Assembly: GCA_038087875.1 (NCBI GenBank) | Contig: JAXLNO010000630.1 | Span: 186,001-250,000 of the forward strand | Direction of reading: 5' to 3' | Source of the DNA: Malacoraja senta | Lineage: Eukaryota | Length of the DNA: 64,000 nt | Translations under genes and position numbers: made by a program | Shown: positions 50,301 through 64,000 of the stretch, in pieces | Layout of the letters: every line of letters begins with the position of its first letter | How positions within the stretch are numbered: the stretch's first letter is position 1 | Notes under the pieces: generated by a model | Told to the model about the DNA's origin: nothing | Seen by the model: the letters and a program-made list of their open reading frames with translations, nothing else | Database searches by the model: none

Positions 50301-51475
50301 CCAAGAGCTGTTCTTACCTGGTATGTGCAAACTTCGGGGCAATTCCAGACAAATAACTGGCATATCTAATTCAGTTTGCATAAATTCCGAATTGTAGATA
50401 AGAAGTTTGTTTTGCCAGCATATTTACAGTTCCAATTAAACAAAAACAAAATAATAATAATGCTTTGAATGGTCAAAGCAAATGAAGGGTCCCGTACCTG
50501 AAATGTTTATGTTTCTCCTTCCACAGATGCTGCCTGGCCTGCTGAGAGAGTTTCCAGCATTTTGTTTCGGGTTTTGCAGCATCTGCACATTTGGTTTCCC
50601 CAAGGGGCTCTCGCCTGTATTTATACCCTTGACATCTGCCAAACTTGACAATGAGTTGTAGAGGGATCTTCATAATTACTGGAAGTTGGTGAGTGGAGGT
50701 GGGCGACTTGTGTCGGAAGGAACTTACACCGAAAATAGACATGAAAGGCTGGAGTAACTCAGCGGGTCAAGCAGCATCTCTGGAGAAAATGGAACAGGTG
50801 ACATTTCGTGTCGAGACCCTTCTTCAGGCTACTTGCTTTTTCCACACAAAGGGTGGTTGAGGCAGGGTCTATCCCAACATTAAAGAAACAGTTAGATAGG
50901 TACATGGATAGGACAAGTTTAGAGGGATATGGGGCAAACGCAGGCAGGTGGGATGAATGTAGACAAGGCATGTTGCTCGGAGTGGGCAAGTTGAGCTGAA
51001 GGGCCTGTTCCCATAATGTACAACTAGGATATAATAAATGTGCATACATACTTATATAACCTCACAACGACACCTTAATATGGGCCAGAGAACAACATGG
51101 CCATTGTTCTGTTAGTAAAATGGATGGACAACACAAGAGCAATTGGAACACCGAGCTTCCCACCAAATCACACAGCTAGTCAATGTCTTCAGCGTCTGAG
51201 GAATGGTCCCGACCCGAAACGTCACCCATTCCTTCTCTCCAGAGATGCTGCCTGGTGATCTATGGTCAGTATTGGCTGTGAGCCGAAGAGCCCAATACCA
51301 TCCTGTATTACTAAGCTAAACCTAAAAGTGATGTCGTTCGAATCTACGACTAGTCTTGGATAGTTACATTTCTGAGCAGAAGTCGTGGCACTTGTATGGT
51401 CATGGGAAAACCAGAAACACACACAGACACACACAGACAGACACAGAGACACACACACACAGAGACACACACAGA

Positions 51476-51515
<40 letters not shown>

Positions 51516-54500
51516 GAGACACACAGAGGCGCACACACAGACATACACACACAGACATACGCACAGACACACACACACACAGACACACACACACAGAGAC
51601 AGACACACACACAAAGACGCGCACAGAGACGCACACACAGACACACACAGACACACAGACACACACACAGCACACAGAGACGCACAGACACACAGACAGA
51701 CACACAGAAACATGCACAGACACACACACACAGGCGCACACACATACACACACACAGACAGACACACACAGACACACAGATGCACACACAGAGGCACACA
51801 GAATCACACTCAGACAGAGATGCACAGACACACACACATACACACAGACACACACACAGAACACACACACACACACACCATACAGACACACAGACAGATA
51901 CACACACACACCAACGTTAGCAGAAACCAGCGGAGGAGATTTTACTGCCAACTGGATGAGTTATACATGTCATTTGGCACCTGACTGTGAGAGAGAACAT
52001 GTGCGTATTGAAGTGCTCGAGAGAAGAGATCCTGATAATCTGACTCACTTGGAAAGGCAGATTCCACATCAACCTAACCTCTGACTTTGCAGCAAAACAA
52101 CAACAGAGTGCTGGAGTAACTCAGCGGGCCAGGCAGCATCTCTGGTGAACATTGAAAATAGCTCCATTCTCAGTTGAAAAAGGAACAGCATTCTAGTAAA
52201 GTTAAGATAATCTGGAAATGCTGGCACGTGAAGTTTAAAGACAGACTTGGAACCAAAGACAGCTAATAGTGGATTAAATGAGAGGCAATAAGTGTAATTT
52301 GCCGTTAATCTTATGGAAATCCATTACTATGCCCATGCCAAAAGTTTTCAAAGCAAAAAGAAAATAAAACTAATTAACTGCGTTTTATTGGTTTTTTCCC
52401 CCAATATGCTCATAACCGGTTTTACTTGTTTACTTGTGATTGTGTTATTAATTTGGTGTTCTGGCCATTTAGCTGCTGTAGTATCAACTTCAACACAAGT
52501 CGTGGCACAGTGGCTCTGCAGTAGAGTTGCTGGAGGGAATGGATTACAGAGGTCACGGGGAGAACTTTCAAACTCCACACAGACAGCACCCATAGTCAGG
52601 ATCGAACCCGGGTCTCTTGCGCTGTAAGGCAGCAACTCTACCGCTGTGCCATCATGCTGCCCATTTAAAGGCTTCTTAAACACCACTTATCTGCCTTCAC
52701 CACAATCTCTAGCAGTGTGTTCTAGGCACACACAACCTTGTGTATTAAAAAAACTTGCTCTGAACATCTTTAGATTATGCCCTTCTCTCCTTAAAGCTAC
52801 GTCCTGTGGTCTTTGACATTTCCACACTGAGAAAACTGTTGGCTGAAATATTTTGGTTCAAAAGGTGACAGTGATTTCTTGCTAATGCGATAGATATCAG
52901 ATTGTACTTTTACACACTTCCAGGATCAAACAGTGCAGGACAAGAACAGGCCCTTCGGCCCACAATGTCCATGCCAAACCGTTATATTATGTATATTTTC
53001 CAAACAATATTTAATATATTGAGCCTAATGTACAGCAGGATTACCACTGAACTGTATGCAGAAGTAGAATTTCACTCTACTTGGGAACACATGACAATAA
53101 AGTCCCATTGAATGTGGGATTCTAAACAGGCTCCTGGTCTGCATTCTGAAATACAGTTTAATTAGATATTCTCCCATCAGGTCTCAGGAGCTCACCCACG
53201 AGAACAAGATATACCAATACTTAAAACAAATTTGAACATGCTTCATGTCAAATGCAAGTTAACTGCATCCCACAACAGTTAGACAAGGAGACATTATAAA
53301 AGACAAGTGCTGGAGTAACTCAGCGGGTCAGGCAACATCTCTGGAGAACATGGATAGGTGACGTTTCACAGAGTGCTAGAGTAACTCAGTGGGACAGGCA
53401 GCATCTCTGTAGAACATGGATAGGTGACATTTCACAGAGTGCTGGAGTAACTCAGCGGGTCAGGCAGCAACTCTGGAGAACATGGATAGTAAATGTTTTG
53501 GATTGAGACCCTTCCTCAGATCAGACCTGAAACATCACTGAACCATGTGCCCCAGAGAAGCTGCTTGACCAGTTACTCCAGCATTTTGTGTCTTTTCATT
53601 GTACACCAACACCTGCTGCTCCTCGTTTGTCGGCAATTCGAGAATATGCACTCCATGATTCAAATTTGCATTCAAATACCGCATGTATCGTAGAGTTTCA
53701 CCTCAACACTGACAGCTAAAGGTTGACCAGGTTAGAATCAAGATCTAGATTCAGAAATAACACTTTCAACATCATTTAGCTTCAGAGTCAAATCAGATAA
53801 GGAAACCTCACAACTACATACGTAGACTTGGGGGCATTGGTTTTGTCTTTTTGCACTATTATTTAGTGTGGGTGTATGTGTGATACACACATATACAATG
53901 TACACACATATATATACATATACATATACATACTTACATATACACAAACATACATATATCTATATAACTAAAAGTCTCATCATGACCATTTCCTGTTTGC
54001 ACTGCATATTGATTTTAGAAAAAACGCTACCACGTATGGCTGTGATTGTTGGCCAAGAGTCCCCCTCGGCTGCGCAGGACAAGAGGATTTTTCCCATCGA
54101 TGAAAAATAAAAGAGTTATTAGTGTTTAAAAAATGTTGAGATTCTCTCTCCTGTCAATAACCACCATGAAGGCCTTGCCCCTTCTGGTGGGAGGGGGGAG
54201 GGACTATAAAACCCGGATGTGTGGGCATGGCTCAGTCTCTGCAAGATGGGGAAGGGAGAGGTCACCTTGGTGGCCTTGCACCCTGCTTGAAATGGTAGGA
54301 AACTGCTTTTGAATTTGGTAGTCTTGCACCCTGCTTGCAATAGTAGGAAACTGCATTTGAATTTGGTGGCCTTGCACCGTGCTTGAAATGGAATTTCAAG
54401 TAATAGCCGTGAATCAACTGCCGGCCCACCAGCCGTAAGTGAGTGAGCTGCCAGCACACCAGGCTTGAGTGACTGAGCTGCCAGCCCAAGAATCAATTCG

Positions 54501-57500
54501 GCCCACAATGTCCATACTAGCCCTCTGAAAACCAGACCCTTCGGCCCACAACATCCATATTAGTGCTCCAGAAAGCCCCCCCATCCTCCCACTGGCCACC
54601 AATATTGGAATTGGTGGAGAGGTGGAATATTGCGTTGGGGGACCAGCCCTTCTGTGTGAACATGGGACCCAATGGGTCCCACTTACTCTAGTACTAGACT
54701 ATCTAGTATCTGATTCAAGTATCTATATTACTAAAAGTCTGATCTTGACCACTTCCTGTTCTGTATATTGATTTTAGAAAAAAACGCTGTCACTTACAGC
54801 TGTGAATTTTGGCCATCTTATTCAGAGTCCCCCTCCGCTGCGCAGGACAAGATGATTTTCCCTATCGATGAAAAATAAAAGAATTATTAGTGTTTAAAAA
54901 AGTTGAGATTCTTTCTCCTGAAGGCCGCGCCCCTTCCGGAGGGACTATAAAACCAGGAAGTGTTGAGCGCCTCAGTCATTCTCTGCAAGATGGGGGAGCA
55001 AGAGGGTCACGTCTCTCAGTCTGAGCTGTGAATAACACTGAACACATGTCTACTAACCTGTGAGTGGTTTTACTGACCTGTCAGTGCCCTTGATATGGTT
55101 TGAAAATATAGTTTGGAAATGCTAAAGCTGTGTTGCCTTTGGTTTGGAAATGCTAAAGTTGTGTTGCCTTTGGTTTGGTAATGCTAAAGCTGTGTTGCCT
55201 TTTGTTTGGAAATTCAAAAGCTGTGCAGCCTAATTAAAGTTGTCTTGCCTAATTAAAGTTGCCTTGCCTAATTAAAGTTGCCTTGCCTTCTATATAATTA
55301 AAAGTCTAATCTTGACCACTTCCTGTTTGCGCTTTATATTGATTTTAGAAAAAACGCTACCACGTATGGCTGTGATTTTTGGCGATCTTACTCAGAGTCC
55401 CCCTCCGCTCATCAGGTGCCGAGGATTTCTCCCATCGATGAAAAATAAAAGAGTTATTAGTGTTTTAAAAATGTTGAGATTCTCTCTCATGTAAATCACG
55501 CCATGAAGGCCATGCCCTTTCTGGTGGGAGGGGGGGAGGGACTATAAAACCCTGAAGTGTGGGCATGGCTCAGTCTCTGTAAGATGGAGGAGGGAGAGGT
55601 CACTAGCGCTCCAGGAAGCCCCCCCACCCCACCCCCCACTGGCCACCAATATTGGAATTGGTGGAGAGGTGGAATATTGTATTGGGGGACCAGCCCTCCC
55701 GTGTGAACATGGGACCCATGGGTGAAGAAGTTTTATCTCATCTCAGACTTAACACACATACATACACACACTGATCTTTTTTCCCCTCTTTTGGCTTCCT
55801 CCTGCACCTATTTTCTATGTTTCTATGTTTCTTTTGTCATATTGTTTACAGTGTACTATGTTTACATATTCTGTTGTACTGCTGCAAGTAAGAATCTCAT
55901 TGTCCTATCCAGGACATATGACAATAAAAAACTTCTAACTTTCTTAGTGACAAGCAGCTGACCACTAATAAACCTCAGACCATTTATAAAATGTTAATAG
56001 CTAGAATATGCCATGCCATGATTAAAACGTACACAAAATCTATTCAATTTTAAATGGTGGCACTGTTTATGCATAGTGTTAAAAAAATGTCCAAGTGCAT
56101 TGTTAATTTCAATAATTATAGATAATGTCACGTTAAAGTATTTAAAAGACACATCTCCAGTCAGATCGGAGCGTGGAGAGCTGCGGTGACGCGCGGCTGT
56201 GACCCGACCCCGGAGATTCGGAGGCTCCAGCCGCAGGTCTGGTGGACGGTGACATCGGGAGCTCGCGGGTCCCTGGTGGGAGACTGCTTTTCGGGGCTCC
56301 CGCAACGGTAACTTCTCCCGCCCGAGTTGCGGGGTTGAAGATGACCTGGAGCTGGGTCTAACATCGCCCGGCGCGGCTTTAATGGCCGCGGGACGTGCTC
56401 GCGCTACCGGGGGCTCCAACATCCAGACCCGGAGGGCGGCCTTGCATCGCCCGGCGCGTCTTTAATGGCCGCGGGACTTATTTTCCATCGCCCGCCGGGG
56501 GCTCTGACTCTGACATCGGGAGGAGAATGGGGAGTGCAGGGGAGAGATAAGACTTTGCCTTCTCCTCCTCGCTGTGATGGATGTTTGTGTAAATTGTGTT
56601 GTGTCTTGGTTCTTTTTACTTGTTTGTATGACTGCAGAAACCAAATTTTGTTTGAACTTCATTTGAGGTTCAAATGACAATAAATGGTATTGTATTGTAT
56701 TGTATGTATTCACCAACATAGGGAAATAAGACCATATTTTGCATTTGCCTCACAGACAAGTCGGAAGCAAGCAGAGTTGATTTTGAGAAAGTCATTTTAC
56801 AGATACAGACAGGTCTGGATCCAGCAGATAGCCCAGACTCCTTGTTCAAAGCAATCTCTCCCTGGTAAACCAATGCTCCACGGAGCTTGGTCCTGGAATA
56901 TGACAGGCAACGAAGTTCCAGATGAAATTCTCTTTTCCGATATTGACTGGTAGCTGTTCAGGGACGATTGACGGAAATAAACTGCTGAGCTGGTTTAATC
57001 TGCACTGTGCTCCCACACAGACTGTGTGACTCCCACTTTGAAGAGCGTGGGGAAAACAAAACGCAACTCCGCAGTGCCAGAAAGCTACTTCATATTTTGA
57101 ACAGCCTTCACTGTGATTTGACACATGTAGATCAGTGTCACTCATGTTATGAGTCATACTTTGTAGTTACGCCCACTAGCTTTACAGTAATGGGCCTGTC
57201 CCACTATACAAGTTTACCCAAGAGCTCTCCCGAGTTCTAAAAAAAACCTCGTGGTAAGTATGTAGAATGTACGTAGCAGGTACGTCGGAGCTCGGGACGT
57301 CTCTTAAAGGCTCGTGTCGCTAACGGCAGGTAAGCTCTTGAAGTTTTTACAACTGTGTGAAAAATGTCCACGAGAGCTCCGAGTACCTACGAACGGCTAT
57401 TACCGTAATTCTCCGAGTTCGAATCAGGGGAAACTCGGGAGAACTCTTGCATTATCTCGTACAGTGGGACAGGCACTTAACCCTCCCTGCCTGGTTCCCA

Positions 57501-58974
57501 AATTATTGGACCAACATGCTGGCATGAAGTTACCGAATCTGTAAAGGTAATAAAGTCTTTGGACCTTTATCACTGTGTATGGCTTCAGTTATTTGAACAG
57601 CAACATCAAGATTCAAGAGAGTTTATTGTCATGTGTCCCTGATAGGACAATTAAATTCTCGCTTTGCTTCAGCACAACAGAACATAGTAGGCATGAATAC
57701 AGAACAGATCACTGTGTCCATATGCCATTATATAAATATATACACACATTAATAAATAAACTGATGAAGTGCAAATAAACAGATAATGGGCTATTAATGT
57801 TCAGAGTATTGTCCGAGCCAAATTTAATAGCCTGATGGCTGTGGGGAAGTAGCTATTCCTGAACCTGGTCATTGCAGTCTTCAGGCTCCTGTAGCTTCCA
57901 CCTGAAGGTAGCGGTGAGATGAGTGTGTGGCCAGGATGGTGTGGGTCCTTGATGTTGCTGCCAGCCTTTTTGAGGCAGCGACTGCGATAGATCCTCTCGA
58001 TGGAAGAGAGGTCAGAGCCGATGACGGACTGGGCAGTGTTTAGTACTTTTTATAGTCTTTTCCACTTCAGGGCGCTCAAATTGCCAAACCAAGCCACAAT
58101 GCAACCGGAAAGCATGCTCTCTACTGTGCACCTGTAGAAGTTAGAGAGAGTCCTCCTTGACATACCGACTCTCCGTAATCTTCTCAGGAAGTAGAGGCAC
58201 TGATGTGCTTTCTTAATAATTGCATCATGGTGTCAGAGTATACTAACATGGTGTCAGAGTATACAAAACTCACTCCTTGTTTAATTTGATTGTTTTTATT
58301 TTAGTTTATTTTTTTAAACTGTATTGCAATGGCTTCTGCTCTCAGACAACCAGAGATCCTGGTATTTGATGAGGATCTCGCAGAATGATGGCGAGTATTT
58401 GAAGAAGATTTCTCAATTTACATTGAAGCAGCACACCCTACTACTGATCCTGGTGTTCAAGCGTCAATCCTTCTTAATTTGGCAGGCACAGAAGCTGCTC
58501 GTCGTACCAGACAATTTCACTATGAACCAGCTAGACATGACCAGGCTGGTGTCCAGATTGCTCCTGCTGAATCCATTCGAGACCCTGACTGCCTATTGCG
58601 CAAATTTCCGACAATTATGTGAGTTACGCACCAATTTAGTGATTGATCGGCATCTGTTTTTTTCACATAGCTAGAGACACGGAGAACCTGTGGAGTTGTA
58701 GAAACATAGAAACATAGAAAATATGTGCAGGAGGAGGCCATTCGGCCCATTGAGCCAGCACCGCCATTCATTGTGATCATGGCTGATCATCCCCAATCAA
58801 TAACCCGTGCCTGCCTTCTCCCCATATCTCTTGATTCCACTTGCCCCTGGAGTTCTATCTAACTCTCTCTTAAATCCATCTAGTGATTTGTCCTCCACTG
58901 CCCTCTGTGGCAGGGAATTCCATAAATTCACAACTCTCTGGGTGAAAACGTTTTTTCTCACCTCAGTCTTAAAT

Positions 58975-61900
58975 AATAATAATAATAATAGATTTTATTT
59001 ATATAGCGCTTTTCAGGACTCAAAGTCGCTTTACAATTGAGAGTCAGGAATAAACAAAACAAAATAGAGCAGTAAGACAGAGGGGAGGGGAACATGGGAC
59101 TAAGGGTATGCAGAGGTGAAGAGATGGGTCTTGAGGCGGGACTGGAAGATGGTGAGGGACTCAGAATTTCGGACCGGTTGTAGGAGGGAATTCCAGAGCC
59201 TGGGAGCTGCCCTGGAGAAGGCTCTGCCTCCAAAAGTGCAGAGGTTTGATTTCGGAGTGGAGAGGAGACCAGCTGATGTGGATCTGAGGGACCGTGAGGG
59301 TTGGTAGGAGGAGAGGAGGTCAATGAGATAAGGGGGGGCCAGGTTGTTGAGGGCTTTGTAGGTGAGGACCAGGATTTTGTAGGTGATCCGGTGGGAAATG
59401 GGAAGCCAGTGAAGTTCTTTGAGAACTGGGGTGATGTGGTGCCAGGATTTGGTGTGGGTAATGAGTCGAGCGGCTGCATTTTGGACCAGTTGGAGTCGTT
59501 TGATGCTGCTGGAATTGATTCCGAAAAGAAGAGAGTTACAGTAGTCCAGTCGGGAGGAGATGAAGGCATGGATGAGTCTTTCAGCAGCGGGGGGTGTGAG
59601 AGACGATCTGATTTTTGCAATGTTGCGGAGGTGAAAAAATGATGTTTTGACAACATGGCGGATGTGAGGCTCAAGGGAGAGGGTTGAGTCAAGGATCACG
59701 CCAAGGTTGCGTGCCTGAGGAGATGGGGAGACAGTGGTGCCGTCGATAGTGAGAGTGGGGTTGTTAATTTTAGTGAGTGTTGATTTGGAGCCAATGAGGA
59801 GAAATTCTGTTTTGCTACTGTTTAATTTAAGGAAGTTGAGTTGCATCCAAGATTTGATGGCTGATAGGCGGGAGTTGATATGGGAGAGAGGGGGGTGGTG
59901 GGGGGACTTGGTGCTGAGATAGATCTGGGTATCATCAGCATAGCAGTGGAAGTCCAGTTTGAAGTGACGGAGTATATGACCAAGGGGAAGGATGTAGATG
60001 ATGAAGAGGAGGGGACCAAGAACGGAGCCTTGGGGAACGCCTTGAGTGACAGTGGCTGTGGCAGAGGTGTGGTTATGGAGAGAGATGAAGTGGGATCGGT
60101 TGGAAAGGTAAGAACGGAACCAGCTGAGTGCAGAACCTTCAATGCCAAGGTCCCTAAGTCTGGTGAGCAGGATGTTGTGGTTGACGGTATCGAAGGCTGC
60201 ACTCAGGTCGAGGAGGATGAGGATATTGAGGGAGCCAGAGTCAGCAGAGGTAAGGAGGTCATTGAGGATTTTGAGGAGAGCAGTTTCTGTGCTATGGAGG
60301 GGGCGGAAGCCAGATTGGAGGGGTTCGAATAGGTTATACGCGAGGAGGTGGGAATGAAGTTGTGACGCGACGATGCGCTCCAGGGTTTTTGAAAGAAAGG
60401 GGAGGTTTGAGATGGGGCGGTAGTTAATGAGAGAGGAGGGATCAAGACCAGGTTTCTTTAAGATTGGTGTGACAGCAGCAGTTTTGAAAGCAGAGGGGAC
60501 AATTCCTTGGGACTATGAGGAGTTGAAAAGATTAGTGAGGTAGGGGCAGAGAGCAGGGAGGCAGGACTTCAGCAGGGGGGTGGGGAGAGGGTCAAGGGAG
60601 CAGGTAGTGGGTTTGGAAGAGCTGATGAGTTTGGAGATTTCAGTAGGGGTGACCGGGTCAAACTGGGAGGAAGCAGTGAGGGGGAGGGGTATGGAGATCA
60701 GCTGAGATGTTGAAAGGAGGGGCCTTGGTAGGTGGGGGAGTGGATGCTGGGGAGTCAGGTACAGGGGATAGGGATTGATAGATGGTGCTAATTTTATCAG
60801 CAAAAAAGTGGAGGAATGAGTTGCAGAGATCCGGAGTTGAGGTAGGGAGAGTGATGGCTCGAGGCTTGAGGAGGTTGCAGACTGTGGAGAAGAGGGTTCT
60901 GTGGTTTAGGCAGGGGTCAGTGAATATGGAGGAGAGGTATGCAGATTTAGCAGCAATGAGGGCATCTTTGTAGGCAGTGAGGTGGAGTTTGTAAGCTTCA
61001 TGGTGGACTGTGAGAGGTGATTTCTTTATGAGTCGTTCAAGTCGGCGACCAATCTGTTTCAGCTTACGAAGTGCAGGTGTGTACCAGGGTGAAGATTTAT
61101 TAAAAGTTACGGTTCTTGTTTTGGAGGGAGCCAGAGTGTTAAGGGAGGTAGACAAGGTGGAATTGAGATGGTTTGTGAGATCATCAGGTGAGATGTGGGT
61201 TGAGTCCAGGGGGAGAGTGGTGGAGAGCAGGTTAGAGAGATGGTGAGGATCGATAGATTTTAGATTACGGAAGGTGATTTCTCGGAGGAAGCGGGGGCGA
61301 GGTGTCGGAGAAGGGATGGTGAACCGTATGAGCTTATGATCCGAGAGGGGGAAGAGGCATGGATGGAGGGCGAGTACCGGTTGATTTGTGGAGCAGACCA
61401 GGTCAAGGATGTGACCTTTGTCATGAGTGGGAAAGGTGACGTGCTGAGTGAGAGAGAAGTTGTCAAGTAGAAAAGCGAATTCAGATGCGAGCTTGCAGGT
61501 GGGGGAGTCCATATGAATGTTTAAGTCACCAAGTAGCAGCAGACGTGTGGTGAGAGATGAGACAAGTGTGAGGAATTCAGTGAAATCAGATAGGAAGGAG
61601 TGGTTTGGTTTAGGTGGCCGGTAAATGAGGATGACTGTCATGGACGAAAGGGCTTTGAAGGCAAGGAATTCAAATGATGCTACTGGGGGGAGGGGGAGTT
61701 CAACGATAGGAAAGTTCTGGTTAAAAATAACAGCGAGGCCACCTCCATGGCGGGAGGGGCGGGGTTTGGAAATATAATTAAACCCAGATGGGGATGCTTG
61801 GTTGAGGGAGAAGAAGACATTGGGTTGTTGCCAGGTTTCAGTGAGCAGAAGGAAGTCAAGAGTGTTGTCAAGGATTAGTTCTTGGAGGGCAAGGGCTTTG

Positions 61901-62628
61901 TTGTTGAGCGACCGGGTGTTGAGGAGGGCAAAGTTGGCATTGTGAGAGGGTGGAGGGATGGGGGCAGGCTGGAGAGATCTGAGGTTGTCCCAGTTGACAG
62001 TGCATATGGTCAGCTGGGATGGGGGGTGACACGGTTGAGGGGGGGCAGAGCATGATAGTGAGCAGATGGATGGAATGGGATGTCCATGGCTGGAGCAGAC
62101 AAGCTTGCATCGAGAGCCTCTGTGGATGTAACGGGGTCGACGTAGAAGTCCAAATTGTTTAATGATTGTGATGCAGGATGAGGTGTGATTGTTGGAGAGA
62201 CCAGTCAGCCGCAGAGCCGAGTATTTGATCATGATGAAGTGGCAGAGAGGTTGTCCAGCGGTGAGGGCGCAGAGAGGTGACCAGCAGAGAAGTCGAAGAG
62301 AGGTGTGCAGCAGCGATGGGTATCCGGTAGCGAGGGCGCAGAGAGGTCGTCCAGCGGTGCAGGTGCAGAGAGGCATCCAGCGGTGCAGGTGGAGAAAGAA
62401 GCCAGCGGTGGGTGAGCAGAGAGGCCGTCCGGTAGAGCGGGTGCAGCGAGGTGTCCAGCAGTGAGGGAGCAAAGAGGCCGTCCAGCAGTGCAGGTGCAGT
62501 GAGGCGACGAGCGGTGCAGGTGGAGAGAGAAGCCAGTGGTGGGTGAGCAGAGAGGCTGTCCAGAGCTGGTGCAGCGAGGAGTCCAGCAGTGAGGGAACAA
62601 AGAGGCTGTCCAGCAGTGCGGGTGCAGG
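58975..62628 (-). mobile_element. L2-clade LINE (EN+RT ORF, frameshifted) with an (ATT)n tail and 5' tandem repeats
   Basis: Motifs LNTRSL, LTETW, YRPP, LGDLN, SDH, SLDPLP, FLKLNSSKTE, SRLDYCNS, LQLVQNAAAR and LHWLP. Tail (aat)n at 58975-58990. Absent from copy A, with no TSD. Confidence 0.92.
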
Positions 62629-62647
62629 GGCCTCCCCTGTATTCTAA

Positions 62648-63250
62648 AGGCCGTGTCTTACCTGTTTGCGGTCATCGGCGGTGAAGCGCGGTGTAGACGG
62701 TAGCTAGGACCGCGCGGCAACGGCAAGAGCGTCGAGGCTATCCACCGGAGCGCCGCACGGATGTTGCGCGGGGGCCGAGTTAATTCAAACACGGCGGGTC
62801 CCACGTGCTTGCGGTAAGTAAAAAAAGGGCGGGCCGACTGCGATGACGTCGGCCCCCCGCACGTGATTCACCAGCGGCGGCTGTGGCGGCGGCCATCCTG
62901 ATCGCGGCGCTGTAGCGGTGGCTGTGCCTGCGGCCGCGTAGCACACGTGTCTCACTGGCGGCGGCACGTGCGTCACTGGCGGAGGCTGTGGCAGAGGAGG
63001 TTTGACGCACGGCGCTCGACCCACACTGGCGGCGGCCCGTGCGAGCGGCCGTGCGCACTCGTGCATCACTGGTGGAGGTTGTGCGGTGAGTATTTGGTTT
63101 TCGACATTGTCGATTTTATTTTTGCACCGCGCGGTGTTGGGAACACCGTCGCACGGCCCGGGAATTGTTCTTTCTCACGAGTGCGCGGTCTATGGCGGCA
63201 GATTCTTCCCGTTTCGCCGCCAATGACCGCAGATTCGTGAGACAGACCTT
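62648..63250. mobile_element. CpG-rich PIF/Harbinger-like non-autonomous DNA transposon
   Basis: TAA is duplicated at 62645-62647 and 63251-63253, versus a single TAA at the empty site (about 20842). Imperfect ~38-bp TIRs share tgcggtcat.ggcgg.gaa. Confidence 0.8.
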
Positions 63251-64000
63251 TAAGTCTGTGGCTCCTGGTTCTGGACTCACCCAACATTGGGAACATGTTT
63301 CCTGCCTCGAGCTTGTCCAGTCCTTTTATAATTTTAAATGTTTCTATAAGTTCCCCCCTCATCCTTCTAAACTCCAGTGAATACAAGCCTAGTCTTTTCA
63401 ATCTTTCCTCACATGACTGTCCCGCCATCCCAGGGATCAATATCGAGAACCTACACTGCACTGCCTCAATCACAAGCATGTCCTTCCTCAAATTAGGAGA
63501 CCAAAACTGTACACAATTCTCCAGATGTGGTCTCACCAGAGCCCAATACAACTGCAGAAGAACCTCTTTACTCCTATACTGAAATCCTCTTGTTATGAAG
63601 GCCAACATTCCATTAGCTTTCTTCACTGCCTGCTGTACCTGCACGCCAACTTTCAGTGACCGGTGTACAGGGACACCCAGGTCTCGCTGTACCTCCCCCT
63701 TACCTAACCTAACCCCATTGAGATAATAATCTGCCACCTTGATTTTACCACCAAAGTGGATAACCTCACATTTATCTATATTATACTACATCTGCGACGC
63801 ATCCGCCCACTCACTCAACCTGTCCAGGTCACCCTGCAACCTCCTAACACCCTCTTCACCGTTCACACTGCCACCCAGCTTTGTGTCATCTTCAAACTTG
63901 CTAGTGTTGCTCCTAATTCCCTCTTCCAAATATATATGAATAAGGCCGCCGTTTATCCCGGAGAATTTCCCAAGAGCGCTGGAGTTAAATAAAACCGATT

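Larger units (their letters stand above)
47237..64000 (+). repeat. Segmental duplication, copy B (direct repeat of 1-21592)
   Basis: Same alignment as copy A. It lacks the Tx1, the PLE hairpin, the ~1-kb local duplication and 13305-14050, and it carries extra L2 and MITE insertions. Confidence 0.97.

Overview
This is eukaryotic, repeat-dominated vertebrate DNA. The repeat families (CR1 LINEs with (TTCTATGT)n-type tails, V-SINEs, abundant Penelope pLTR derivatives) suggest a cartilaginous fish such as a skate or ray; that is inference. No intact host gene is visible. The main structure is a direct segmental duplication: 1-21592 is repeated at 47237-64000, with both copies running off the window edges. 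Each copy has private insertions whose empty sites can be read in the other: a full-length Tx1 LINE and a 1.2-kb hairpin Penelope-like insertion in copy A, and an L2 LINE plus a Harbinger-like MITE in copy B. Just beyond the visible duplicated part lie two Mx (interferon-induced GTPase) exons of 199 and 79 bp on the minus strand, one with an in-frame stop. The middle of the window holds two DIRS1-type tyrosine-recombinase retrotransposons with complete ITR/ICR termini, two 3'-truncated L1s, CR1 fragments and SINEs. The duplicated block also carries non-autonomous Helitrons, hAT and Harbinger MITEs, a Rex1 fragment, a Gypsy gag remnant and many minimal hammerhead-ribozyme-like motifs. Family names come from recognising motifs by eye, not from database searches. 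Boundaries of old repeats are approximate.
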